Shown here in pieces: positions 19,747 through 29,344 of a stretch of 64,000 bases of DNA. The notes under the pieces are model-generated. The model did not search any database, was not told where the DNA came from, and worked only from the letters and a program-made list of their open reading frames with translations. The DNA comes from Candidatus Latescibacterota bacterium (lineage in GTDB: Bacteria; Latescibacterota; UBA2968; GCA-2709665): contig OZ242180.1 of assembly GCA_965205485.1 (NCBI GenBank), positions 1,344,001 through 1,408,000 of the forward strand. The letters run 5' to 3'. The position numbers and the translations under genes are program-made. Position 1 is the stretch's first letter; each line of letters begins with the position of its first letter.

Positions 19747-20052
19747 ATGGCAGTTCCGGTTACCTATTACCTGATACTGAGCGCGATGCTGTTCGCCATC
19801 GGCGTGACGGGCGTGCTGATTCGCCGCAACGCGATCGTAATCTTCATGTGCATCGAACTGATGCTGAACGCGGTCAATCTCCTGTTTGTGACGATGGCGC
19901 GCTATATGGGTTCGGGTTCCGGGCAGGTATTCGTATTTTTCGTGATGGCGGTGTCCGCTGCCGAAGTGGCGGTCGGACTGGCGATCATCATTGCGCTTTA
20001 CAGGAACAGGCAGACTTTGGACGTGGGTGACGTGAATCTGTTGAAATGGTAG
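19747..20052 (+). CDS. nuoK: NADH-quinone oxidoreductase subunit K
   Basis: [27 protein letters not shown] end. Confidence 0.96.
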   Translation: MAVPVTYYLILSAMLFAIGVTGVLIRRNAIVIFMCIELMLNAVNLLFVTMARYMGSGSGQVFVFFVMAVSAAEVAVGLAIIIALYRNRQTLDVGDVNLLKW

Positions 20053-20095
20053 GCGCCGCGTTTTACCCTGTCTGTTGATTTGTGTGGAATTGAAA

Positions 20096-21955
20096 ATGCT
20101 TACCGTAGTCATTCTGATCGTTCTCTTTCCGCTGGCCGGCGCGGCCGTTAACGGTTTGTTCGGGTACCGGCTGCGGCAGGCGTCAGGATATATTGGCGCC
20201 GCGGCGGTCGGTCTGTCGTGGGTTCTGTCTCTGCGCGTTCTGTTCTGGGTGATGGGCGGTGGAGAACTGAACGAAGACGTGTACGCGTGGATCGTGGCGG
20301 GCTCGTTCCATGCCTCGGTGGGGTTCCAGGTCGATGCACTGTCGACGATCATGATCGTGACGGTGACGACGATCTCGTTTCTGATCCATGTGTATTCTTT
20401 CGGATATATGCGCAACGACCCGGGGTTTGCCAGATTCTTCGCCTACCTCAACCTGTTTGTGTTCTCTATGCTGGTTCTGGTGCTCGCGAACAACTATCTG
20501 CTGATGTTCGTGGGTTGGGAAGGCGTTGGATTGTGTTCATATCTCCTCATCGGCTTCTGGTACGAGCGGAAATCCGCTTCCGACGCCGGCAAAAAGGCGT
20601 TCATCGTCAACCGGATCGGGGATTTCGGTTTCCTGCTTGGCATCTTTCTGATGGCGAGTTACCTGGGCACGGTGCAGTACGCCGAGGTATTCGAAAAGGC
20701 GCCCCTGATGTTGTCCACGGGGGTTGCGACGGCGATTGCGCTGTTGCTCTTTCTCGGCGCCTGCGGCAAGTCGGCGCAGTTTCCGCTTTACGTCTGGCTG
20801 CCGGACGCAATGGAGGGCCCCACGCCCGTCAGTTCATTGATCCATGCGGCGACCATGGTCACGGCGGGGGTCTATATGGTGGCCCGTTCGAATGTGCTGT
20901 ATACCCTCGCGCCCACCGCCGGGGCCGTGGTGGCCTGGGTCGGCGTCGCCACGGCGTTGCTGGCCGCGACCATCGCGCTGGTGAATACCGACATCAAACG
21001 CGTCCTGGCCTATTCAACGGTCAGCCAGCTGGGGTACATGTTCATTGGCGTGGGCGTCGGCGCATATACCGCCGGAATCTTCCACCTGTTCACACACGCG
21101 TTCTTCAAGGGTTTGATGTTTCTGGCCGCCGGCAGTGTGATGCACGCGATGCAGGACGAGCTGGATATGCGGAAGATGGGAGGGCTGCTGGGCAGGATGC
21201 GGGTGACCGGCGTAACGTTCTGGATCGGCGCGCTCGCCATCGCGGGAATCCCGCCGCTTGCGGGCTTCTGGAGCAAGGACGAAATCCTGGTGAGCGCCTA
21301 CCGCTCCGGAAACGTGGCGATCTGGGCTCTGGGCGTCCTGGGGGCGGTCCTTACGGCTTTTTATATGTTCCGGCTGATCCTGATGACTTTCCATGGAAAA
21401 CCCCGGGATCAGCGCCTGTACGACCACGCTCACGAGTCGCCGGCGAACATGACCGTCCCGCTGATCGTTCTGGCGCTGGGATCGGCCTTTGTGGGATTCG
21501 TGGGCGTTCCCCCGGGTCACGGCTGGATCGATGGGTTCCTGAGCGGTACGACCGGTGCGGCCCACCATGCGGCATCGGGAGGATTGTCCGGCGGCATGCT
21601 GGTGGGTATTTCCGTCCTTGCGGGCCTGGTGGGAATCGGACTCGCATACCGGATGCACAGAGAAGGCCGGCTGGGAGCGGCATCCTCGAACGCCGTTCAC
21701 GGGCTGCTGATACGCAAGTGGTACGTGGACGAGATTTACGACGCCCTCATCGTCCGGCCGATTCATCGGCTATCGCTGGTACTGGCGCGGGTTCTGGATG
21801 CAATCGTGGTGGACGGAATCGCGAACGGGCTGGGCCTGCTGGTGAAGGGCGCGGGCTGGGTCGTTACCCGCTTTCAGTCCGGCAACGCGCCCACCTATGC
21901 GCTCTGGATGGTAATCGGCGTGGTCGCGGTAATCTACTACGTCTCGGGGAACTGA
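20096..21955 (+). CDS. nuoL: NADH-quinone oxidoreductase subunit L
   Basis: WEGVGLCSYLLIGFW, KSAQFPL..WLPDAMEGPTPVS, KWYVDEIYD lateral-helix start; about 619 aa. Confidence 0.95.
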   Translation: MLTVVILIVLFPLAGAAVNGLFGYRLRQASGYIGAAAVGLSWVLSLRVLFWVMGGGELNEDVYAWIVAGSFHASVGFQVDALSTIMIVTVTTISFLIHVYSFGYMRNDPGFARFFAYLNLFVFSMLVLVLANNYLLMFVGWEGVGLCSYLLIGFWYERKSASDAGKKAFIVNRIGDFGFLLGIFLMASYLGTVQYAEVFEKAPLMLSTGVATAIALLLFLGACGKSAQFPLYVWLPDAMEGPTPVSSLIHAATMVTAGVYMVARSNVLYTLAPTAGAVVAWVGVATALLAATIALVNTDIKRVLAYSTVSQLGYMFIGVGVGAYTAGIFHLFTHAFFKGLMFLAAGSVMHAMQDELDMRKMGGLLGRMRVTGVTFWIGALAIAGIPPLAGFWSKDEILVSAYRSGNVAIWALGVLGAVLTAFYMFRLILMTFHGKPRDQRLYDHAHESPANMTVPLIVLALGSAFVGFVGVPPGHGWIDGFLSGTTGAAHHAASGGLSGGMLVGISVLAGLVGIGLAYRMHREGRLGAASSNAVHGLLIRKWYVDEIYDALIVRPIHRLSLVLARVLDAIVVDGIANGLGLLVKGAGWVVTRFQSGNAPTYALWMVIGVVAVIYYVSGN

Positions 21956-21959
21956 ACCT

Positions 21960-23486
21960 ATGCCTGGACTCCTTACAGGCCTGATTTTTGTACCATTGTT
22001 TGGCGGTGTTCTGGTCCTGCTGTTCGGTCGCGGCCGGGACGGATTCAGCCGCGTGTTCGCTCTGGCAGCGGCATCTGTGAATTTGCTGCTGTCCTTTTTG
22101 TTGTACGCCGATTTCAGAGCAGGCGTTCCCGGGATGCAGTTTGTGGAAAGGGTTGAGTGGGTGGGCCAGTTCGGCATCTCGTATTTCGTGGGAATCGACG
22201 GAATCAGTCTGTTGCTGGTACTGGTGACTACCCTGCTCACGTTCCTGGCGATTCTCGCCTCCTGGTCGTCGATTACGTCCCGGGTGCGGGAGTACATGGC
22301 GTCGATGCTTCTGCTGGAAACCGGGATGGTGGGGGTGTTCTGTGCCCTGGACCTGTTCCTCTTCTATGTTTTCTGGGAGGCCATGCTGATTCCGATGTAT
22401 TTGTTGATCGGCGTCTGGGGCGGTGAACGCCGGATCTATGCGGCGGTGAAGTTCGTGCTGTTCACCCTGGCCGGCAGCCTGTTGATGCTCGTGGCGATTG
22501 TCTATCTCGGTCTGCAGTACGATACATTCGATCTCATGGTTCTACAGAAGATGACCTATCTGCACCCGCAGCAGCACTGGCTTTTCCTGGCATTTTTCCT
22601 GAGTTTCGCCATCAAGGTCCCGCTGTTTCCGCTTCATACATGGTTGCCGGACGCGCACGTCGAGGCGCCAACGGCGGGCAGTGTCATCCTCGCGGGGGTT
22701 CTGCTCAAGATGGGGACCTACGGGTTGATCCGGTTCTGCCTGCCGTTGTTCCCGCTGGCGGCATTGTACTTCACGCCTTACATCATGGCGCTCTCCGTGG
22801 TCGGCATCGTGTACGGCGCCCTGGTCGCGATGGTACAGACGGATATCAAGAAACTGGTGGCTTACTCGAGTGTGAGCCACCTGGGGTTTGTGGTCCTTGG
22901 CATTTTCGCCATGAATGCCCAGGGTATGCAGGGCGGAATCATCCAGATGGTGAACCACGGACTGTCAACGGGAGCGCTGTTTCTGATTGTGGGTATGATA
23001 TACGAACGGCGGCATACGCGGCTGATTGCCGATTTCGGAGGACTGGCCAAAACCATTCCGGTATTCGCCACCTTCTTTTTGATTACAACGCTTTCTTCCA
23101 TCGGACTTCCCGGGCTGAACGGGTTTGTCGGCGAGTTTCTGATCCTCCTCGGAGCCTTTAAGGCAAACATGGTGTATGGCATCATAGCCGCGTCGGGTGT
23201 CGTCCTTGCCGCCGTTTACATGCTGTGGATGTTCCAGCGCGTGGTGTGGGGAGAGGTGACGGACGAACGTAACCGGAAACTGCCGGACCTGACCCCGCGC
23301 GAATGGCTCATCCTGACGCCGCTCGTGGTCCTGATGTTCTGGATTGGCCTGTACCCGGGAACATTTCTGAAGAAAACGGAATTGTCGGCCAAACTCGTGG
23401 TAGAACAGGTGCGCATACGGCAGATAGAAAGCCTGAACGAACTATACGTGTTGGATCGCAAAGACGAGAAAGACCTGATCGAATGA
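21960..23486 (+). CDS. nuoM: NADH-quinone oxidoreductase subunit M
   Basis: FYVFWE, KVPLFPLHTWLPDAHVEAPT, LLKMG.YG, FVGEF. Confidence 0.95.
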   Translation: MPGLLTGLIFVPLFGGVLVLLFGRGRDGFSRVFALAAASVNLLLSFLLYADFRAGVPGMQFVERVEWVGQFGISYFVGIDGISLLLVLVTTLLTFLAILASWSSITSRVREYMASMLLLETGMVGVFCALDLFLFYVFWEAMLIPMYLLIGVWGGERRIYAAVKFVLFTLAGSLLMLVAIVYLGLQYDTFDLMVLQKMTYLHPQQHWLFLAFFLSFAIKVPLFPLHTWLPDAHVEAPTAGSVILAGVLLKMGTYGLIRFCLPLFPLAALYFTPYIMALSVVGIVYGALVAMVQTDIKKLVAYSSVSHLGFVVLGIFAMNAQGMQGGIIQMVNHGLSTGALFLIVGMIYERRHTRLIADFGGLAKTIPVFATFFLITTLSSIGLPGLNGFVGEFLILLGAFKANMVYGIIAASGVVLAAVYMLWMFQRVVWGEVTDERNRKLPDLTPREWLILTPLVVLMFWIGLYPGTFLKKTELSAKLVVEQVRIRQIESLNELYVLDRKDEKDLIE

Positions 23487-23541
23487 ACCGGACGTCGGGT
23501 GCGTTCGGCCGTTGCACAACGTGTCGTGGAGGAAATCGGGT

Positions 23542-24027
23542 TTGAGAGTTCTGATGAGTCTCGGCGTTGTATTGTTCGGTGTATGGCTGCTCTGGTCTGG
23601 CCACTATACCATCGAACGTACGCTGGTTCTCGTGCTTGGGATCGTCTCCTGTCTGGCGGTGATCGGCATCGTCAGGCGGATGGGCATTGTCGATTCCGAG
23701 GGGCATCCCATCCACCTGGCAGGCCGTGCAATCGTGTACGTTCCGTGGCTGCTGCTTGCCATTCTCCGGTCCAATGTCGACGTGACATTGCGAATCCTGA
23801 ATCCACGCCTGCCCGTCAGCCCCACCCTGATTCGTACCAGGGCAACCCAGAAGACCGCGATGGGCAAGGTCATCTACGCCAACTCGATAACGCTCACTCC
23901 CGGGACGGTTTCGGTAGAAGTGGAGAACGACTTTATTCTCGTCCACGCGCTCTCGCGAGAAAGCGCCGAAGAACTCGCGGACGGTGAAATGGACCGCCGC
24001 GTACGGGCGGTGGAGGGAGGGTCCTGA
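23542..24027 (+). CDS. mrpE: Mrp Na+/H+ antiporter subunit E
   Basis: YANSITLTPGT motif; TTG start after GGAGG. Confidence 0.9.
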   Translation: MRVLMSLGVVLFGVWLLWSGHYTIERTLVLVLGIVSCLAVIGIVRRMGIVDSEGHPIHLAGRAIVYVPWLLLAILRSNVDVTLRILNPRLPVSPTLIRTRATQKTAMGKVIYANSITLTPGTVSVEVENDFILVHALSRESAEELADGEMDRRVRAVEGGS

Positions 24028-24314
24028 TGTTTGCGGCGGCGATGGCGGCGATTCTGATCACGATGGTTCTGGCTCTGGTTCGGGCGTTCGCGGGTCCGAC
24101 GGTTTACGACCGTATCCTCGCCGCGAATATGTTCGGCACCAAGATGATCCTCCTGATCGCGGTGATGGGCTTTCTTACCGGCAGGCCGGATTTTCTCGAC
24201 CTGGCGCTGATATACGTCCTGCTGAACTTCATCGGGACGTTTGCCGTACTCAAGTTCGTTCAGTACGGCAGTTTCGGTGCAGCTGACGGCGAGAACGGAG
24301 AGTCCACCGGATGA
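24027..24314 (+). CDS. mrpF: Mrp antiporter subunit F
   Basis: GPTVYDRILA, 3 TM segments. Confidence 0.9.
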   Translation: MFAAAMAAILITMVLALVRAFAGPTVYDRILAANMFGTKMILLIAVMGFLTGRPDFLDLALIYVLLNFIGTFAVLKFVQYGSFGAADGENGESTG

Positions 24315-24619
24315 TGGTCATCTATGTCGCCAGCTGGGCATGTCTGCTCCTGGGGTCGTTCTTCTGTATCGTGGGCGGTATCGGGCTGCTCAGACTTCCC
24401 GATTTCTACAGCCGCATGCACGGCGCCGGCATTACCGATACGCTCGGCGCCGGGCTCTTGCTCGTGGGGCTGATGCTGCAGGGCGGCCTCAGCATGGTCA
24501 CCGTGAAACTGTTTCTGATCCTCCTGCTGGTCTTCTTGACCGGCCCCGCATCGACCCATGCGGTTGCAAAGGCCGCCTTCACCTCCGGGTTGAAGCCTCT
24601 GGATAATCACCAGCCATGA
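24311..24619 (+). CDS. mrpG: Mrp antiporter subunit G
   Basis: GLLRLPDFYSRMH, TGPASTHA. Confidence 0.9.
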   Translation: MMVIYVASWACLLLGSFFCIVGGIGLLRLPDFYSRMHGAGITDTLGAGLLLVGLMLQGGLSMVTVKLFLILLLVFLTGPASTHAVAKAAFTSGLKPLDNHQP

Positions 24620-25185
24620 TCGAACTCATCGACGTTGTTCTGCTGGCTTTCCTGGTCGCCACCGCCGTCGCCGTCGTTCTCATCCGCAACCTGCTCGCCT
24701 CCGTGATCCTGGCCGGAATCTTCAGCCTGCTTTCCGCGGGGCTGTTTACCGTCATGGACGCCGTCGACGTGGCTTTTACCGAGGCCGCCGTGGGAGCGGG
24801 CATTTCCACCGTACTGCTTCTCGGTACCCTCCTGCTGACAACGCGGGTGGAGAGGAAGCCCTCCCGGGTGTCACCGCTTCCCCTTCTCGTGGTCCTGGCG
24901 ACGGGGGCGGTCCTGATCTACGGAACGCTGGACATGCCGCGTTTCGGCGACGCCGGGGCGCCGGTGCATACCCATATCGCGCCTGAATACCTCAAGGATT
25001 CCGTGCCGCACGTCGATGGTTCAGCGCAACGCGTGGACGTTGAGAATATCGTGACTTCCGTCCTTGCCAGCTACAGAGGATACGATACGCTTGGCGAGAC
25101 CACGGTGATCTTTTGCGCGGGCATCGGGGTGTTGCTGCTGCTGAAGGGGTCACGGCCGGGCCGCGACCGGGAGGAAGGGCGGTGA
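24616..25185 (+). CDS. Mrp subunit B-related protein (DUF4040 plus MnhB N-terminal part)
   Basis: DAVDVAFTEAAVGAG, NIVTSVLASYRGYDTLGE. Confidence 0.85.
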   Translation: MIELIDVVLLAFLVATAVAVVLIRNLLASVILAGIFSLLSAGLFTVMDAVDVAFTEAAVGAGISTVLLLGTLLLTTRVERKPSRVSPLPLLVVLATGAVLIYGTLDMPRFGDAGAPVHTHIAPEYLKDSVPHVDGSAQRVDVENIVTSVLASYRGYDTLGETTVIFCAGIGVLLLLKGSRPGRDREEGR

Positions 25186-25601
25186 AACATCAGATCATAC
25201 CGAGGGTCATCGCCAAGCTGCTCATCCCGCTGATCCTTCTGTTTGCGCTATACGTCCAGTTTCACGGCGATTTCGGGCCCGGAGGGGGGTTCCAGGCTGG
25301 CGTGATCTTCGCGGCTGCGTTCGTGCTCTACACCCTGATCTTCGGTCTGGAAGAGGCGAAGCGTGTGGCCAGGCCCGCCGTCGTGGAAATCGTCATTGCC
25401 CTGGGCCTGCTCCTGTATGCGGTCACCGGGGTCGCGGGGATATTGAAGGGCGGCCGCTACCTGGACTACGGTGTGCTGGGAACGGATCCGGTGGGCGGCC
25501 AGCATCTGGGGATTCTATTGATCGAACTGGGCGTGGGAATCACCGTGGCTTCGGTGATCATCGGGGTCTTCTTCGCCTTTGTCGGCAGGACGAGATCATG
25601 A
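25182..25601 (+). CDS. mrpB: Mrp antiporter subunit B
   Basis: HGDFGPGGGFQAG, IELGVG; GTG start overlapping the upstream stop. Confidence 0.88.
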   Translation: MKHQIIPRVIAKLLIPLILLFALYVQFHGDFGPGGGFQAGVIFAAAFVLYTLIFGLEEAKRVARPAVVEIVIALGLLLYAVTGVAGILKGGRYLDYGVLGTDPVGGQHLGILLIELGVGITVASVIIGVFFAFVGRTRS

Positions 25602-25957
25602 CCGCGTTCCCGGGTTTATACAACTACTGGATCGTCATCGTCCTGATGATGATCGGGTTCTACGCGGTGATCGCCAGCGGCAATCTGGTCAAGAAACTGA
25701 TCGGCCTGAATATCTTTCAGACGTCGGTCTTCCTGTTCTACATCAGCCTGGGCAAGGTCTCCGGTGGGAGTGCGCCGATCATCGCGGAGGGAGTGCAGAG
25801 CTATTCGAACCCGCTGCCGCACGTGCTCATTCTCACGGCGATCGTGGTCGGTATCGCCACGACGTCTCTCGGGTTGGCGCTCGTGGTGCGCATACAGGAA
25901 GCCTACGGCACAATAGAAGAACAGGAAATCTACGATCAGGGTGAGGAGACGCCCTGA
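25598..25957 (+). CDS. mrpC: Mrp antiporter subunit C
   Basis: NLVKKLIGL, NPLPHVLILTAIVVG. Confidence 0.92.
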   Translation: MTAFPGLYNYWIVIVLMMIGFYAVIASGNLVKKLIGLNIFQTSVFLFYISLGKVSGGSAPIIAEGVQSYSNPLPHVLILTAIVVGIATTSLGLALVVRIQEAYGTIEEQEIYDQGEETP

Positions 25958-27474
25958 TGTCCGTCCACCTGCCCGCTTTGCAGATCGTGGTACCCCTCAT
26001 CGCCGCGCCTGTCTGCCTGTTGCTCAGGCGAAGGATGCTGGCCTGGGCCTTCGCCGCGGCTGTCGCATGGACGGCGATGGGGATTGCCGCGCTGCTGCTC
26101 ATAAGGGTCCTGGATTCCGGCACGATCTCATACGCGCTGGGAAGCTGGAGCGCCCCCTGGGGGATCGAGTATCGGATCGATGCGGTCAATGCGTTCGTCT
26201 TGCTCCTGGTGGCTTCCATAGGCGCTATTGTACTCGTTTACGCGCCTCACAGCGCGGCCCGGGAAATCCCGCACGACCGTCACTATCTGTTTTACGCGGC
26301 ATATCTCATGTGCCTGACGGGCCTGCTGGGCATCGCCATTACGGGCGACGCGTTCAACCTGTTCGTCTTCATCGAGATTGCCTCCCTTTCAACCTACGCG
26401 CTGATCAGCCTTGGAAGCGACCGACGCGCCCTGACGGCCGCCTACCAGTACCTGGTGATGGGCACCGTCGGGGCGACATTCATCCTGATCGGCGTGGGGC
26501 TCCTGTATATGGCAACCGGGACCCTGAACATGGCGGACCTCGCGGTCCGTCTGGGCCCGGCCCTGGGCACCCGCACCGTGCTGGCGGCGTTCGCGTTCCT
26601 CAGCGTGGGCCTGTGCCTGAAACTGGCCCTGTTTCCCCTGCACATGTGGCTGCCCAACGCGTATTGTTATGCGCCGTCGATGGTGACGGCCTTTCTTGCG
26701 GCAACGGCGACCAAGGTCTCCATCTATGTCCTCCTCCGGTTCATCTTTACCGTGTTCGGACCCCGATTCGCATTCGATACGATCGGGATCCAGGTCGTGC
26801 TGTTGCCGCTTTCGATCCTGGGAATCTTCGCGGCCTCAACGGTGGCCATCTTTCAGACGAACATCAAGCGTATGCTCGCCTGGTCCAGCGTCGCACAGGT
26901 CGGATACATGATGCTGGGCGTCGGCCTTGTGTCGGTGAGCGGCGCCGGACCGGATATCCGGTTCGGGCCGGGATCGCTGAACGGCCTGACGGCGGGAATC
27001 GTCCACCTCTTCAACCACGCGGTGATGAAGGGCGCGCTGTTCCTTGGCATGGGTTGTGTCGCCCTCCGCGTGGGCTCCGTAAAACTCGACGACATGCACG
27101 GTCTCGGACGCCGCATGCCGGTGACGATGGCCGCCTTTGTACTCGGAGGCCTCAGCCTGATCGGCGTACCGCTCACGGTGGGCTTCATCAGCAAGTGGTA
27201 CCTGGTTCTGGCTGCCCTGGAGAAAGGCTGGTGGCCGGTAGCGGTACTGGTCCTGCTGGGTTCCCTGCTGGCGGTCGTGTACGTATGGCGCGTGGTTGAG
27301 GTCGCCTACTTCCGCAAGCCCCCCACTACGGCCGGCACAGACGAGGCGCCGATGCTGATGCACATCCCGATGTGGGTCCTGATCGCGGCCACCCTCTATT
27401 TCGGGATTTCGACCTCCTTCACGGTTGGCGTTGCCCGGCAGGCCGCCGGATGGCTCATGGGCATCTCGCCATGA
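25957..27474 (+). CDS. mrpD: Mrp antiporter subunit D (first)
   Basis: TGDAFNLFVFIEI, K.ALFPLH.WLPNAY, KRMLA.SS. Confidence 0.9.
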   Translation: MSVHLPALQIVVPLIAAPVCLLLRRRMLAWAFAAAVAWTAMGIAALLLIRVLDSGTISYALGSWSAPWGIEYRIDAVNAFVLLLVASIGAIVLVYAPHSAAREIPHDRHYLFYAAYLMCLTGLLGIAITGDAFNLFVFIEIASLSTYALISLGSDRRALTAAYQYLVMGTVGATFILIGVGLLYMATGTLNMADLAVRLGPALGTRTVLAAFAFLSVGLCLKLALFPLHMWLPNAYCYAPSMVTAFLAATATKVSIYVLLRFIFTVFGPRFAFDTIGIQVVLLPLSILGIFAASTVAIFQTNIKRMLAWSSVAQVGYMMLGVGLVSVSGAGPDIRFGPGSLNGLTAGIVHLFNHAVMKGALFLGMGCVALRVGSVKLDDMHGLGRRMPVTMAAFVLGGLSLIGVPLTVGFISKWYLVLAALEKGWWPVAVLVLLGSLLAVVYVWRVVEVAYFRKPPTTAGTDEAPMLMHIPMWVLIAATLYFGISTSFTVGVARQAAGWLMGISP

Positions 27475-28937
27475 CCGCTTCGGATGCCACGCTGCTCGCC
27501 GTTGTGCTGCCTCTGCTCGGCGCCCCGCTGATCGGCCTTCTCGGAAACAGGCCCAATCTGCGGGAGACGGCCACGCTGGTCACCGGCGGCGTGCTGTTTT
27601 TCGTGGTACTCTCACTGGTACCGGTGGTCCTTTCGGGTTCGAGACCCGGCATACAGATTCTGGAGGTGATGCCGGGCCTGGCGCTGGCCTTCGAAGTCGA
27701 ACCGCTGGGCATGCTCTTCGGGTTGATCGCCTCCGGACTCTGGATCCTGACGTCTCTGTATTCCATCGGATACATGCGCGGTCATCACGAATCCAACCAG
27801 ACCAGCTTCTACGTCTTCTTCGCGGTGGCCATTTCGGGCGCCCTGGGCGTCGCGTTCGCCCGGAATCTGTTCACGCTGTTTATCTTCTACGAAGTGCTCA
27901 CCCTGTCAACCTATCCGCTGGTCACGCACCATCGGACGGAGGAAGCGCTCCGGTCGGGCAGGATCTACATGGGCATACTGCTCGGTACGTCTGTCGGGCT
28001 GATGCTGCTGGCAGTGGTGTGGACGTGGCAACTGACGGGCACCCTGGAATTCGTACCCGGCGGAATCCTCGCGGGCAAGGCGAGTCCGGCGGTGGTGGGC
28101 GTACTGCTGGCGCTCTACGCGTTCGGGACCGGCAAGGCGGCGCTGATGCCCTTTCACCGCTGGCTGCCCGCGGCGATGGTTGCGCCCACGCCCGTGAGTG
28201 CGCTGCTGCACGCGGTGGCCGTGGTCAAGGCGGGCGTGTTTACGGTGATGAAGATTGTGGTCTACATCTTCGGCATCGACCTGCTCGCGGACACCGGTAT
28301 GAGCCTGTGGCTGGCCTACGTCGCCGCGGCAACCCTGCTGATCGCGTCCCTGGTGGCATTGACCAAAGACAATCTCAAGGCGCGTCTCGCCTATTCCACG
28401 GTCAGCCAGTTGTCCTACGTGGTGCTGGGTGCGGCTCTTGCCAATAGCTGGGGCATTATTGGCGGCTCCATGCATATCGCGATGCACGCCTTCGGAAAGA
28501 TCACGCTGTTCTTCTGCGCCGGCGCAATCATGGTGGCCGCGCACAAAACGGAAATCAGCGACATGGCGGGTATCGGGAAGACGATGCCGGTTACGATGTT
28601 CGCGTTTTTTGTGGGGTCGCTCAGCGTAATCGGCCTGCCCCCGCTCGGCGGTTCGTGGAGCAAGTGGTACCTGGCGCTGGGCGCGGCGGATGCGGACCGG
28701 ATCATCTTCGTGGCCGTATTGCTAATCAGTTCACTCCTGAACGTCGCGTACCTGATGCCGATCGTCGCACGCGCTTTTTTCGCGACACCCGCCACCGTGC
28801 CCGCCGATCCGTCTCCTATCCGGGAAGCCCCGGCGTTCTGCGTGGTACCCCTGTGCCTGACGGCGCTTGGATGTATGGCGCTCTTTTTCTTCGCCGACGA
28901 CATCTACCGGCTTCTGGCGCCCATAGCAGTCCGTTGA
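27471..28937 (+). CDS. mrpD: Mrp antiporter subunit D-like (second)
   Basis: LFIFYE, KAALMPFHRWLPAAMVAPTPVSALLHAVAVVK; the last codons and stop lie inside MITE B copy 2. Confidence 0.85.
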   Translation: MTASDATLLAVVLPLLGAPLIGLLGNRPNLRETATLVTGGVLFFVVLSLVPVVLSGSRPGIQILEVMPGLALAFEVEPLGMLFGLIASGLWILTSLYSIGYMRGHHESNQTSFYVFFAVAISGALGVAFARNLFTLFIFYEVLTLSTYPLVTHHRTEEALRSGRIYMGILLGTSVGLMLLAVVWTWQLTGTLEFVPGGILAGKASPAVVGVLLALYAFGTGKAALMPFHRWLPAAMVAPTPVSALLHAVAVVKAGVFTVMKIVVYIFGIDLLADTGMSLWLAYVAAATLLIASLVALTKDNLKARLAYSTVSQLSYVVLGAALANSWGIIGGSMHIAMHAFGKITLFFCAGAIMVAAHKTEISDMAGIGKTMPVTMFAFFVGSLSVIGLPPLGGSWSKWYLALGAADADRIIFVAVLLISSLLNVAYLMPIVARAFFATPATVPADPSPIREAPAFCVVPLCLTALGCMALFFFADDIYRLLAPIAVR

Positions 28938-29073
28938 TAAAGTCGCTCTGCGGGCGAGGCCGAAGACAAGGCGCACGACCGAATCGAATCGCGTGATTCG
29001 GCGAGGGAGCGCAACGCAGTAATTCGGCCACCAGAGCCGGCCGCAGCCCGGATGGGCCTTTTCAACGGGCTGA
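28924..29073. mobile_element. MITE family B, copy 2
   Basis: Same TIRs and internal sequence as 11764-11929. Confidence 0.8.
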
Positions 29074-29098
29074 TTGCCCATCCCTGACGGAAGAGACC

Positions 29099-29344
29099 AT
29101 GGACGAAAAAAAGAAAAGCCGGCCGGACAAACCGGGCAACTCAAAGAAAATCCACCTGGCGTTATACGCGGTCTGCGTCATTCTGATCGTGGTGGATCTC
29201 GTCATGGCCAGGCACGGCCATTTCACGGCAGAGGCATGGTTGGGCTTTTACGGGTGGTACGGGTTTGCGGCATGTGTGGCGCTCGTTCTGATCGCCAGGG
29301 GACTGCGGGTCGTACTGGGACGCAAGGAAGGCTACTATGATTGA
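29099..29344 (+). CDS. Small two-TM membrane protein of the Mrp cluster
   Basis: 81 aa, two hydrophobic stretches, GFYGWYGF..C and R.EGYYD; overlaps the next start. Confidence 0.75.
   Translation: MDEKKKSRPDKPGNSKKIHLALYAVCVILIVVDLVMARHGHFTAEAWLGFYGWYGFAACVALVLIARGLRVVLGRKEGYYD

Noticed and set aside
20096..23486. '2M'-type complex I with a lengthened NuoL lateral helix
   Set aside because: There is only one true nuoM and NuoL is of ordinary length (about 619 aa); the extra subunits are Mrp-type.
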